Part shown: piece after piece, positions 18,077 to 26,920 of the stretch
How the letters are laid out: each line of letters opens with the position of its first letter
How positions within the stretch are numbered: position 1 is the stretch's first letter
Assembly: GCA_964354805.1 (NCBI GenBank)
Contig: CAYHBD010000043.1
Coordinates: forward strand, 1-43,382
Direction of reading: 5' to 3'
Origin: an uncultured archaeon
GTDB lineage: Archaea; Iainarchaeota; Iainarchaeia; Iainarchaeales; GCA-2688035
DNA length: 43,382 bases
Translations under genes and position numbers: made by a program
Notes under the pieces: generated by a model
Database searches by the model: none
What the model was told of the DNA's origin: nothing
Seen by the model: the letters and a program-made list of their open reading frames with translations, nothing else

Positions 18077-19489
18077 TCAGCTACGCATTATTGTAAGAAA
18101 GCCCTTTGCCAGGATTTTAATGTCCTCAATTCCCCTGATTGACAGAACCCTCTGCAAAAGGTAACTCGGCCTTAAATAGAATTCCCCGTAAGCCTTTTTA
18201 TGCAATTCTATTAACTCCGGCCCACTCAATCCTTTTGGAACATACAATGGCTTTTCCAAAAAATTGAAGTCTGGAACTATTTCATCCAGCCAATAAGATG
18301 GCCTGCTCAGCTCGCCGTTTTTCACTATCCGGCTGTAGGCATCAGTTCCAGGCCAAGGCATGAAAAAAGTGAATGTCGCAATAGTTGGATTCAACTGCTT
18401 TGCAAAACTGATTGTTTGCAGTATGTCCTGCCGTGTTTCACCAGGCAACCCAACAATGAAATAGCCCCTAATGCCAATGCCGACTTTTTTTGTCAAAGCA
18501 AATGTTTCCAAAACCTTTTCCTTTGAAAAACCCTTTCTAATTGAATCAAGCACTGGCTGGCTGCCGCTTTCAACGCCGTAAGCAATATACTGGCATCCTG
18601 CCTCTTTCAGGCTTTGCAGCATCGGCCTGTCAACGCAGTCAACCCTTGCCTCGCAGCTAAACGTTAGGTCCCAATGCTGCTCCTTAATCAATTCACAAAT
18701 CTTTATCACCCTTTTCTTGTCAACAGTGAAGTTGTCATCCCAGATGCCGATGTCCCTTGCCTTATACTTTTCAACCAACAACTGTATTTCCCCAATCACT
18801 CTTTCAGGCGAATGCGCCCTGAATGACCTGCCAAAGATATTCTTATCGCAGAAAGTGCAGTTAAAAGGGCAGCCCCTGCTTGTGATAAGGCAGTGCGAGG
18901 GCATCCTCTTGGACCTGGCCCCGCTGCCTGTGTACAAGTGCATAGGCAACAAGTGCCTTGCCGGCAAAGGCAGCTCATCAATGTTCTTGATGAAAGGCCT
19001 CTCTCCGGTGAAAACAGGCTTTTTGTTCTTTTTGAAATAAACCCCCTTGACTTTTGCAATGCTTTTTCCTTTCTCGGCAGCGCCGACCAGTTCGGTTATA
19101 GTCCTCTCGCCTTCCCCGCACACAACAAAGTCAACACTGCCCTGCCCTATTACCTCAAGCGGGATTGCCGTCGCGTGGGGCCCGCCGAAAATAATCGTTG
19201 CACCGCTTGCAGCTTTTATGGCGTCAACCGCTTCAAAAGCCCTTTTCACAAAAGAGGTGTAAGCGCTCACTCCGACAAAATCAAAATGCTGCGCACCTGC
19301 AGAAATTCTTTCTATGCTGGTTTCCTCAGCAATGCCGTCAATGATGCGCACATTGTGGCCAGCCTGCTCAAGAGCAGCAGCGATGTACGCAAGGCCCAAA
19401 GGCTCGACCTTGCTTTGGGCAACAGCCGCGCCTCTCCTGTAAAGCTCTGCCTTTGAAAGGGGCGGGTTTATGAGCAAAACACTTGCCAA
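18077..19489 (-). CDS. Cobalamin-binding radical SAM protein (paralog 4)
   Basis: EPLGLAYIAA, GGPHAT, GEGE, SRGCPFNCTFC, GVESG, YFIVGLPGE, PWPGT. Confidence 0.92.
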   Translation of the reverse strand: MASVLLINPPLSKAELYRRGAAVAQSKVEPLGLAYIAAALEQAGHNVRIIDGIAEETSIERISAGAQHFDFVGVSAYTSFVKRAFEAVDAIKAASGATIIFGGPHATAIPLEVIGQGSVDFVVCGEGERTITELVGAAEKGKSIAKVKGVYFKKNKKPVFTGERPFIKNIDELPLPARHLLPMHLYTGSGARSKRMPSHCLITSRGCPFNCTFCDKNIFGRSFRAHSPERVIGEIQLLVEKYKARDIGIWDDNFTVDKKRVIKICELIKEQHWDLTFSCEARVDCVDRPMLQSLKEAGCQYIAYGVESGSQPVLDSIRKGFSKEKVLETFALTKKVGIGIRGYFIVGLPGETRQDILQTISFAKQLNPTIATFTFFMPWPGTDAYSRIVKNGELSRPSYWLDEIVPDFNFLEKPLYVPKGLSGPELIELHKKAYGEFYLRPSYLLQRVLSIRGIEDIKILAKGFLTIMRS

Positions 19490-19732
19490 AACAAAACACT
19501 TCCAGTAAAAGATTAAGCAAAAAACGTTAAAAAGAGCTTTGCATGCCGCTTAGCGAAACTCCCTCTCCAAGAAACTTTTGGAAAATCGATTCATCAAAAA
19601 GCCTTTTTTGCTAATGCAAAAAAGCCTTGGGAAAAAAATGCCTTCGGCAAAAGTGGCAATAAATAAACTTTATATGCCACAAAAAAATGCCGGAAATTTT
19701 CATAAAAAAAAACGCCGATTGCAAAAGCGGCC

Positions 19733-21229
19733 CTATTGTTTTCTCTTCAGGACAAACCCGTAGTTGAATGTCTTGTAAAGGGGCTTCTGCATTTTCTGCG
19801 TTTTCACGACCTCGTAATTCTCGCGCAGGTATTCGTATATTTTGTCTTCTCCCTGCAGCGGCTGCTCTGTCCTGCTGAAATTAATCACAAAGAGCGGCTT
19901 TGTTTCGCGCATTGACTGGATTGACTCAAGCTCATACAACTGCTGCGCTTCAGCGCCAAAAAATGGCTGGTAAATGTAACGCGTTGCTGGCTTCCTCAGG
20001 CAGAAGAAATACATCTCCTCATCCCACCAGGTAACATGAATCCTGTCATCAGGAGAACTGTTCTGCTTTACGTATGCCGCGATTTCAAACAGGTCATTGA
20101 AATCGTTGTGGAAAAAGAACTGCGGAAGGTAGGCGGCCGGTCCCACAATGCTTGCAAAAAAAACCAGTATAACAAACAGCCGCAGCAAAGGCATTGCATT
20201 AAATCCCTGCAATTTGAATCTTCCACCCCTCAGAAAGGCAGCCTCAAAAAGCAGCCCGAAGAAAATCGAAAACGGCGGCACAAGTGGTGCAAAGTGGCCG
20301 CAGCAGCCCAGAACCGGCAGCAAAGTCGGTGCTGCAAGAATAAACCAGGCCAGAACAAGAGCAATCTTTTTTCTCTCTTTTTCAGGCTTTTCCCTGAAGA
20401 AAAAAAGCATGGCAAGCACTGGCACTGAGACAAACAAAAAAAGCGCGGCAAGCACGCCAACCGCGCCAATTGCTGTGGTCAATTTGAAGGCAAACAGCGG
20501 CGCGCTCTGCAAATCGTGCAGTATTGCCTGGCCTACGAAATCACTGAAAGCGTTGTTTGCGATGAGGTAAAGGAGGAAAATGAACGGGAAAAGAGCGCAA
20601 GAGAAAAGAAATGCGGCCAGGTGCCGCATGTTCAGCTTTGCCCTCAGCAGCATGAACAAAAGCAGCCCTATTGAGAGGAAAAGCATTGTCTGCTTCAGCA
20701 GAACCAAGCCCGAAATAAGAAAGCCGACTGCAAGCAGGCTGGGCATTTTTCTTTTCTCAAGGAAACAAAAAAGCGCATAGAACAGGGCAACGGAAAAAAG
20801 CATCAGGAAAGGCTCGATGAGTATGTTCCAGCTGACTGTGAAAGCGCCCCAAATGACGTAGAAAAAAGACGCAAGCAGTGCCGTTCTCTCATTAAGCATT
20901 TTTTTGCACAGCAGGAAGAAAACAGCCAGGGTGCACGTGTTCACCGCCAGAATGAACAGCCTGCTTATGACAAAATCCGGGGGGAAAACCGAATAGAGCG
21001 CCGCGAAAATGAAATATATGCCAGGCGAATACATTGAGAAAAATTCCTTGTACAAAACAGTGCCCTGCAGCAGCAGCCAGCCGCCTGTCGTGTAAATGCC
21101 CTCGTCAGGGTTTGGCCTTGCAAGAAGCAAAGCAAGAACCAGGGCAATCTGCAATAATGCGATAACCAAAAAAGCCGCCCTGGCATTGCTTGAAAATTTT
21201 CCGAAAAAACGTTTAAATGAAAAAACCAA
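19733..21229 (-). CDS. GT-C fold membrane glycosyltransferase (ArnT/PMT-like)
   Basis: NPDEGIY first-loop DE motif, LYKEFF..SPG, EPF, LKQ, HFAPLVP; soluble C-terminal domain. Confidence 0.82.
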   Translation of the reverse strand: MVFSFKRFFGKFSSNARAAFLVIALLQIALVLALLLARPNPDEGIYTTGGWLLLQGTVLYKEFFSMYSPGIYFIFAALYSVFPPDFVISRLFILAVNTCTLAVFFLLCKKMLNERTALLASFFYVIWGAFTVSWNILIEPFLMLFSVALFYALFCFLEKRKMPSLLAVGFLISGLVLLKQTMLFLSIGLLLFMLLRAKLNMRHLAAFLFSCALFPFIFLLYLIANNAFSDFVGQAILHDLQSAPLFAFKLTTAIGAVGVLAALFLFVSVPVLAMLFFFREKPEKERKKIALVLAWFILAAPTLLPVLGCCGHFAPLVPPFSIFFGLLFEAAFLRGGRFKLQGFNAMPLLRLFVILVFFASIVGPAAYLPQFFFHNDFNDLFEIAAYVKQNSSPDDRIHVTWWDEEMYFFCLRKPATRYIYQPFFGAEAQQLYELESIQSMRETKPLFVINFSRTEQPLQGEDKIYEYLRENYEVVKTQKMQKPLYKTFNYGFVLKRKQ

Positions 21230-21242
21230 AAAAAATCACACC

Positions 21243-21785
21243 CTATTTTCTAGGTATCTTCCTGAACTTTATTACATCGGTAAGGCCCCAGACGCTTTTC
21301 TCCATTTCCACGGCAAAGTAGCCTCTGAAGAATTTTTTCCATTCTTTCTTTGTTTTTATGTTCACGTGGTCGTGCTTGAAGTTAGAACCTGCAATGTTCG
21401 TGAACAAAAACCAGACAAGCTGCGCAAACAGGCTTCCGCTGAAAGAAGAGAAAACAAAAACGCCGTTGTCCCTGAGGACCCTGTGGACCTCGGCCCTGGC
21501 TTTCTCGGCTTTTGGCACGTGCTCGAAAATCTCTGTTGCGACAACCGCGTCGAAGTGCTTAGGGGGAAAAGGTATCCTCTCAATGCTGCCCTGCCTGAAA
21601 TCAAAATCAGCTTGCCTGCACTTCTTCAAGTCCATGCCTGTGCCCCTGCCAAGCATCTTCAAAAAAGCGCCGTCTTCAATGGTTTTGCATGGCCCGCAGC
21701 AGCCGATATCCAAAACCTTTTTTGCCCCGCCAACGAATTCAACAGCCGCCTTGTAGCGCCGCCTGTGCCATGACTCCCTGAACAT
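21243..21785 (-). CDS. Class I SAM-dependent methyltransferase
   Basis: VLDIGC, GMD, FDAVVATEIFEH, RVLRDNG. ATG 21785 follows a GGTG SD-like motif; the track start is 21812. Confidence 0.85.
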   Translation of the reverse strand: MFRESWHRRRYKAAVEFVGGAKKVLDIGCCGPCKTIEDGAFLKMLGRGTGMDLKKCRQADFDFRQGSIERIPFPPKHFDAVVATEIFEHVPKAEKARAEVHRVLRDNGVFVFSSFSGSLFAQLVWFLFTNIAGSNFKHDHVNIKTKKEWKKFFRGYFAVEMEKSVWGLTDVIKFRKIPRK

Positions 21786-21865
21786 TAAACACACCAACAA
21801 AGCATTAAACAAGGAAATGAATTAAATAACAAACGTTGACCTCAACCATCTTTTCAACATTTGTA

Positions 21866-22591
21866 CTACTGCCTGGACCTTAATGCCGAACGAAGCTTGA
21901 AAAGCTGCCACAGCATTTTTACTGTATTCAGGCCAACCCGCATCTTGCTTCCCTTGACATGGCTCCACTCGATTGCTATCACGCCTGTTCTTGCGCCTTT
22001 TGCTTTTGCCCTTGCAATTAATTCGACATCAAAAACCCACCTGTTTGAAACCATTTGCCTTGCAATTTCCTTTGCAAGCGGCGCCCTCATTCCCTTAAAG
22101 CCGCATAATACATCTTTTACATTGAAATTGAACAACAATGCAACCGTTGTGTTGAAGCCCCAGCTTAGAAAACGCCTGTACAACGGCTGCCCTGCAATGA
22201 TCCTTGCCTTTTCTGTTTTCCTGTTTCCAACAACAAGGTCATTGCCCTGCAAAGCATCAAACATTGCACTCAGCTGCGATGCGGGCGTTGCACCATCTGC
22301 ATCCATAAAGCAGACAAAGCTGCCTTTTGCTGCAAGTATGCCTGTTTTGACAGCGTTTCCCTTGCCCATGTTTGGCTTGTAGGAAATAATCTTTATCTTG
22401 CCTTCAAATTGTTTAAGGATGCTGAGCGTTGCATCGCTGCTGCCGTCATCTACCACGATTATTTCCTCAATGAAGTTATTTTTTTCCTTAAAAAACAAAA
22501 GGGTCTGCAGAAAGGGCTTTATTCTCTTTTCTTCATTGAATGCAGGAACTATGACAGAAATGGTTTCTTTGCTTTTAGTCATTTCAAACAA
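21866..22591 (-). CDS. GT2 dolichyl-phosphate glycosyltransferase (ALG5/DPG-synthase-like)
   Basis: VPAFNE, VVDDGSSD, NMGKG, DADG, DVLCGFK, WVFDVEL, GSK; alternative ATG at 22582. Confidence 0.92.
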   Translation of the reverse strand: MFEMTKSKETISVIVPAFNEEKRIKPFLQTLLFFKEKNNFIEEIIVVDDGSSDATLSILKQFEGKIKIISYKPNMGKGNAVKTGILAAKGSFVCFMDADGATPASQLSAMFDALQGNDLVVGNRKTEKARIIAGQPLYRRFLSWGFNTTVALLFNFNVKDVLCGFKGMRAPLAKEIARQMVSNRWVFDVELIARAKAKGARTGVIAIEWSHVKGSKMRVGLNTVKMLWQLFKLRSALRSRQ

Positions 22592-22642
22592 CTGCTTTTT
22601 TTCTTCAAATCACTAAAAAAAAATAAATAATTCTTTTTAAAT

Positions 22643-22731
22643 TATAGCAAATGGCATTAATTTTTGAACATTTTATTTTCATTTGCTATATGTAAAAGAC
22701 AATCGTTTAATTATTTATGTCTTTTACTATA
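22643..22731. repeat. Tandem double inverted-repeat element, copy B (homologous to 6104-6196)
   Basis: 11-bp IR tatagcaaatg (22643-22653) / catttgctata (22680-22690), next to a 10-bp IR gtaaaagaca (22692-22701) / tgtcttttac (22718-22727). Confidence 0.88.
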
Positions 22732-22788
22732 AAATGTTTTTTTAAACCCAAACCAATAAAGCAAAAAACCAATTTTAAAAATTTATAT

Positions 22789-23760
22789 TTAAAAAGCAAA
22801 GCGAACTTTTTTTTCAGCCTGAAAGAAAATAAAGCCTGTTAAGCCGAGCAACAGGGCGCAAAATAGTATAAGCAGCGAAAAAGAAACAGCTGAATCCGCT
22901 GTTATGCCCACCAAGCCAAGGAAAAAAATAAGGCCGGCCTCCCTTGTGCCAATGCCGCTGAATGCGATTGGCAGCACGCTTAACAATTCAACAAGCGGCA
23001 TTATTGCAATAAGGTAAACAAAGGAAACATTGAGGCCAAGGGAATTGGCAATTAAATAGTATTGCAATATTCCCACAATCCAGCAAAAAAAAGTAAGCAA
23101 TAAAATCATTAAAAGGAACAATTTTTTTGATTTATATACAGCCACCCCTTCAAAGAACTGGTTAAAGCCGCCCCTAAAATTGCTCTGCAGCCTTTTTGGA
23201 ATTAAATGCCTGTAAAAAGGCTTTACAAAAAACAAAACAATTTCTTTTTTCGTTAAAATGAACACAAGCGCAATAAACGCCATGAAAAACAAAAGCAATG
23301 GCAGAATCAGTTCAGCCTCTAAAATGAAATGAAAAGACACAATAGCAAAGCCAACCAATGAAAGCAAGAACAAAGCAGCAACATCAAAAAATCTTTCAAT
23401 TACAACAGCGGTAAGGCCTTTGCCTGCTACAACCCCTGTTTTGCTTGCAAAGTAGAAGCTTTTAACCAAGTCACCTGACCTGCCAGGGCTTATTATTGAA
23501 AAGAAAAAACCAATCAGCCAAATCCTGGCGGAATCAAATAAACTCAATTTAACAGCAAAGGTGTTAACCAAAAGAGCCTGCTTGAATGCTTTGAGCAAAA
23601 CACTTGGAACGATTGCGATTAACGCAATTGAAAAAAGCAACGGATTCAACCGCAAAAAAATCCCGATTATTTTGCTTGGGCCGATTGCGAAAACAATGAA
23701 AAGGAAAACAATCAAGCCAATTAATCCGAGGTAACGCAGTAACCGCATAAAAACCAACAA
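22789..23760 (-). CDS. UPF0104 / LPG-synthase TM domain flippase-like protein (AglD2-like)
   Basis: ISPGRSGDLVK, ERFFD, LPIAFSGIGTREA; probable ATG at 23748. Confidence 0.88.
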   Translation of the reverse strand: MLVFMRLLRYLGLIGLIVFLFIVFAIGPSKIIGIFLRLNPLLFSIALIAIVPSVLLKAFKQALLVNTFAVKLSLFDSARIWLIGFFFSIISPGRSGDLVKSFYFASKTGVVAGKGLTAVVIERFFDVAALFLLSLVGFAIVSFHFILEAELILPLLLFFMAFIALVFILTKKEIVLFFVKPFYRHLIPKRLQSNFRGGFNQFFEGVAVYKSKKLFLLMILLLTFFCWIVGILQYYLIANSLGLNVSFVYLIAIMPLVELLSVLPIAFSGIGTREAGLIFFLGLVGITADSAVSFSLLILFCALLLGLTGFIFFQAEKKVRFAF

Positions 23761-23775
23761 AGCAAAAGCAATTTT

Positions 23776-23943
23776 TTACATCCTGCTTTTTTCCAAAGCC
23801 AAGCCAACACCATCAACAATGCACAGCAATGCAATCCCCAAAAGCCAAGCCAACAATCTCAACAATGCACAGCAATCCCAATCCCTCAAACCAAGCACTC
23901 ACCCAAAGCCAACCCAACAATTTCAACAATGCACAGCAATTCC
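23776..23943 (-). repeat. Three tandem copies of the 3' end of the DegT gene
   Basis: LLCIVEIVGLALGECLV* (gene), LLCIVEIVGLAFGDC, LLCIVDGVGLALEKSRM*. Confidence 0.9.
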
Positions 23944-25019
23944 TTTTTCCTCATTTGAGGAAACAGCGGCAGTGTCACAATCCTCTTGCTTAATTCCTCC
24001 GTAACAGCAAGGCCTTTTGCATTGCAGCCAAGTGCAGTATAAAAGGTCTGCAGGTGAATCGGCGGATCAAAGTGAACAGACGCGCCAATGCCCTTGCTTT
24101 GCAGGAACGCCATGAATTTTGTTCTGTCAATTTCTTTTGCTAATTTTATTGTGTACATCTGGAAAACATGCCTGCATTTTTTTTCCTCAACAGGCAATTC
24201 AATAGCAGGGAATTTTGCAAGCTGTTTGCTTAGGAAGGCAGCGTTCTTGCGCCTCATTTCATTCATTCTGCCGATCTTTTTCAATTGGACAACACCAATC
24301 GCAGCCAAAACATCGCACATTCTGAAATTGTAGCCTGCATAAACAGCATCCCTAAACCAGGGCAGTGCTGTCAGGCCCCTTTCCTTTGCAGTTGATTCAA
24401 TTCCATGCGCCTTCAATGCCTTGCATTTTTTATACAATTTTTCGTCGTTAGTTGTAATCATTCCGCCCTCGCCTGTTGTGATGTTTTTGGTCGGATAAAA
24501 CGAAAAACAGCCTGTCGCAAAGCTGCCTGTCTTCTTTCCATCAAACAGGGCGCCAATTGCTTCAGCGCTGTCCTCAATCACAGCCAAATTGTTTTCGCCC
24601 GCAATCTGCATTATTTCGCCCATTCTGCAGCTTTGCCCTGCGAAATGCACTGGCATTATTGCAACCGTTTTTTCTGAAATCTTTTCCCTGATTTTCTCTG
24701 GGTTAATATTGCAGCTGCGCCACTCAACATCGGCAAAAACAGGGGTGCAGCCGGCATTAACTATTGCGTTTGCAGTTGCACTCATGCTGAAGCTTGGGCA
24801 GATAATTTCCCCGCGCAGGGCAGCTGCCTGGATTGCAATCTGCAAAGCCGAAGCGCAACTGTTCAAAGAGGTTGCATATCTTGTTCCAATGTATTCAGCG
24901 AATGACTCCTCAAACTGCTTTGTTTTCGGGCCGTGGGCTAGCCAGCCGCTTTTCAGCACATCTGCAACAGCGGCAAGTTCCTCTTTGCCCAGCATTGGCT
25001 TGCACAATGGAATCTGCAT
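23886..25019 (-). CDS. DegT/DnrJ/EryC1/StrS PLP-dependent sugar aminotransferase
   Basis: MPVHFAG, IEDSAEA, FSFYPTKNITTGEGG, GYNFRM, TLPLFP. Confidence 0.95.
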   Translation of the reverse strand: MQIPLCKPMLGKEELAAVADVLKSGWLAHGPKTKQFEESFAEYIGTRYATSLNSCASALQIAIQAAALRGEIICPSFSMSATANAIVNAGCTPVFADVEWRSCNINPEKIREKISEKTVAIMPVHFAGQSCRMGEIMQIAGENNLAVIEDSAEAIGALFDGKKTGSFATGCFSFYPTKNITTGEGGMITTNDEKLYKKCKALKAHGIESTAKERGLTALPWFRDAVYAGYNFRMCDVLAAIGVVQLKKIGRMNEMRRKNAAFLSKQLAKFPAIELPVEEKKCRHVFQMYTIKLAKEIDRTKFMAFLQSKGIGASVHFDPPIHLQTFYTALGCNAKGLAVTEELSKRIVTLPLFPQMRKKELLCIVEIVGLALGECLV

Positions 25020-25057
25020 TAAAAAAAACCTTTTTTTTAAAAAAAATTAATAGAATT

Positions 25058-26032
25058 TTACTCTATCGCTTTCCCCTCTTTAATGCCCTTAATGTAATTT
25101 GGAATCCCTTCTTCAATACTATAACGCGGCTTGAAGCCAAGCAGTTTTCTTGCTTTGCTGTTGTCCAAAGCGCCCCTGCTCGGCACCCTGTCACCGCTTT
25201 CTTTTTCCAGCAGCTTTGCGCCGGGAATATTCTTTGCAACAATGGAAGCAAAGTCTTTTATTGTTCTTCCATCGCCTCTTGTGATGTTGAAAACCTGGTT
25301 TGCCGCTTTTTCGCTTTTTGCAGCAGCTACAATTCCTGCCGCTGTGTCGCTTACGTAAGTGAAATCAAGCTTGTTTTTCCCGCCATCATACAGCAGCAAC
25401 GGCTTTCCACCCAAAGCGTTTTCAATGAAAACCTTTGAAACCCTGTCATAGCTGTCCCCGGGGCCATAGACAGCGCTTGGCCTGACAATAGTCCACTGCA
25501 ATCCGAATTTGCTGCCATAAGCTTTTGTAAGGATTTCGCAGCTCAGCTTTGTTCCGCCATAGACATCAATCGGGTTCGTCTGGTGCTTTTCATCAGCAGG
25601 CTCATACTGGAAGTCGCCGTAGACAAAGCTGCTTGAAGCAAAAACAAGCCTTTTCACCGAATCTGTTCTCCTCACAGCCTCAAGGACATTAATTGTCCCA
25701 TTCAGGTTTATGTCAATTGCGTCCTCCGGGAACTGATTGCTTTTCCTTGCATCAGGGATTGCCGCCAAGTGAATCACAATCTCTGGCTTTGCCTCCTGCA
25801 GCGCCCTTATTACCTCCAACTTGTACCTGACGTCGCCCCTGATGACATTCAGTTTCTCCTTCAAGTCATTGAAGCGCAGCGCCAATTGCTTTTCATAATC
25901 ATATTTTAATCTGTCACTATAGTTTACAAAGCTGTCGAAAACAAATAATTCGTCTTCCCCTTCCTTCAACAGATTTCTGCAGCAATAGCTTCCAATGAAT
26001 CCAGCTCCGCCGGTAATCAAAATCTTAGCCAC
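25058..26032 (-). CDS. NAD-dependent epimerase/dehydratase (extended SDR)
   Basis: [40 protein letters not shown] 26032 follows AGGGTG; the track start is 26041. Confidence 0.92.
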   Translation of the reverse strand: MAKILITGGAGFIGSYCCRNLLKEGEDELFVFDSFVNYSDRLKYDYEKQLALRFNDLKEKLNVIRGDVRYKLEVIRALQEAKPEIVIHLAAIPDARKSNQFPEDAIDINLNGTINVLEAVRRTDSVKRLVFASSSFVYGDFQYEPADEKHQTNPIDVYGGTKLSCEILTKAYGSKFGLQWTIVRPSAVYGPGDSYDRVSKVFIENALGGKPLLLYDGGKNKLDFTYVSDTAAGIVAAAKSEKAANQVFNITRGDGRTIKDFASIVAKNIPGAKLLEKESGDRVPSRGALDNSKARKLLGFKPRYSIEEGIPNYIKGIKEGKAIE

Positions 26033-26122
26033 AACCAACACCCTTCATTACACACCAACAATCAAAATCTTAGCCACAACCAACACCTTTCTTTACACAA
26101 CAACAATCAAAATCTTAGCCAT
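26015..26122 (-). repeat. Three tandem 45-nt-period copies of the epimerase 5' end
   Basis: Starts at 26122 (MAKILIVVV*), 26077 (MAKILIVGV*) and 26032 (MAKILITGG...). Confidence 0.93.
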
Positions 26123-26148
26123 ATTCAATAAAGCTATGGGAATGATAC

Positions 26149-26157
26149 TTTTTAAAA
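26149..26157. promoter_or_regulatory. Probable bidirectional archaeal TATA box
   Basis: TTTTTAAAA lies about 27 nt from both the ATG at 26184 (+) and the outer ATG copy at 26122 (-). Confidence 0.5.
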
Positions 26158-26183
26158 CAATTATCTAACATACAAATTTTGCA

Positions 26184-26888
26184 ATGAAAATCTCTCTTGT
26201 TTCTCCTGAAAGAAACGAAAAAGCTGTTTTGCCCGAACTGCTGTGCAGGGTTAACGCAGTGATGGCAAAGCACTTCAAGCAAAACGAATGGGAGTACATA
26301 ATTGTTGATGATGCAAGCACTGACGGCAGCAGCGAAACCCTGTTGCAGCTTGCAAAACGTTACAAGAACCTAAAACCGGTTTTCCACGGCGAGAGGAAAG
26401 GCCAGACAGGCTGCTTCCAGAGCGGGTTTGAAGCGGCAAAAGGCGAATATGCCATAACAATGGATGCAGACCTGCAGGTTCTGCCTGAAGACCTGCCGCT
26501 CTTTTTTGCAAAAATAAGGGAAGGCTATGAGCTGGTTAACGGCATCAGGGAGAACAGGCAGCACCCTTTTTTGGTGAGGCTTGCCAGCAGGGGCTACAAC
26601 CTGTTAATGCTTCTAATCTTCAACTGCCCTGTCCTTGATGCGGCAAGCAATTACACTGCAATAAAATCGGTTTATTTGAAAAATCTCCGGCTTGTAGACA
26701 ACGACCACAGGTATCTGATTCCAATCCTGCAAAAAAGAGGCCTGCTAAAAATAGGGGAAGCGGTTGTAAGGCACCAACGCAGGGCAAAGGGCAGGTCAAA
26801 CTACGTTGCCTGGAAGAAATACATAAAAGGCATTCCTGAAATCTTTTTGGCATACATTAGGATAAGGTTTGGAAACAAATACAGGTAA
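26184..26888 (+). CDS. GT2 polyprenyl-phosphate glycosyltransferase (ArnC/DPM-like)
   Basis: VDDASTD, RKGQT, TMDADLQ, HRYLIP, VRHQRRAKGRSNY. Confidence 0.9.
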   Translation: MKISLVSPERNEKAVLPELLCRVNAVMAKHFKQNEWEYIIVDDASTDGSSETLLQLAKRYKNLKPVFHGERKGQTGCFQSGFEAAKGEYAITMDADLQVLPEDLPLFFAKIREGYELVNGIRENRQHPFLVRLASRGYNLLMLLIFNCPVLDAASNYTAIKSVYLKNLRLVDNDHRYLIPILQKRGLLKIGEAVVRHQRRAKGRSNYVAWKKYIKGIPEIFLAYIRIRFGNKYR

Positions 26889-26920
26889 CAGGCATTGCAA
26901 AGGAATAAAGGGGGTTTTGG

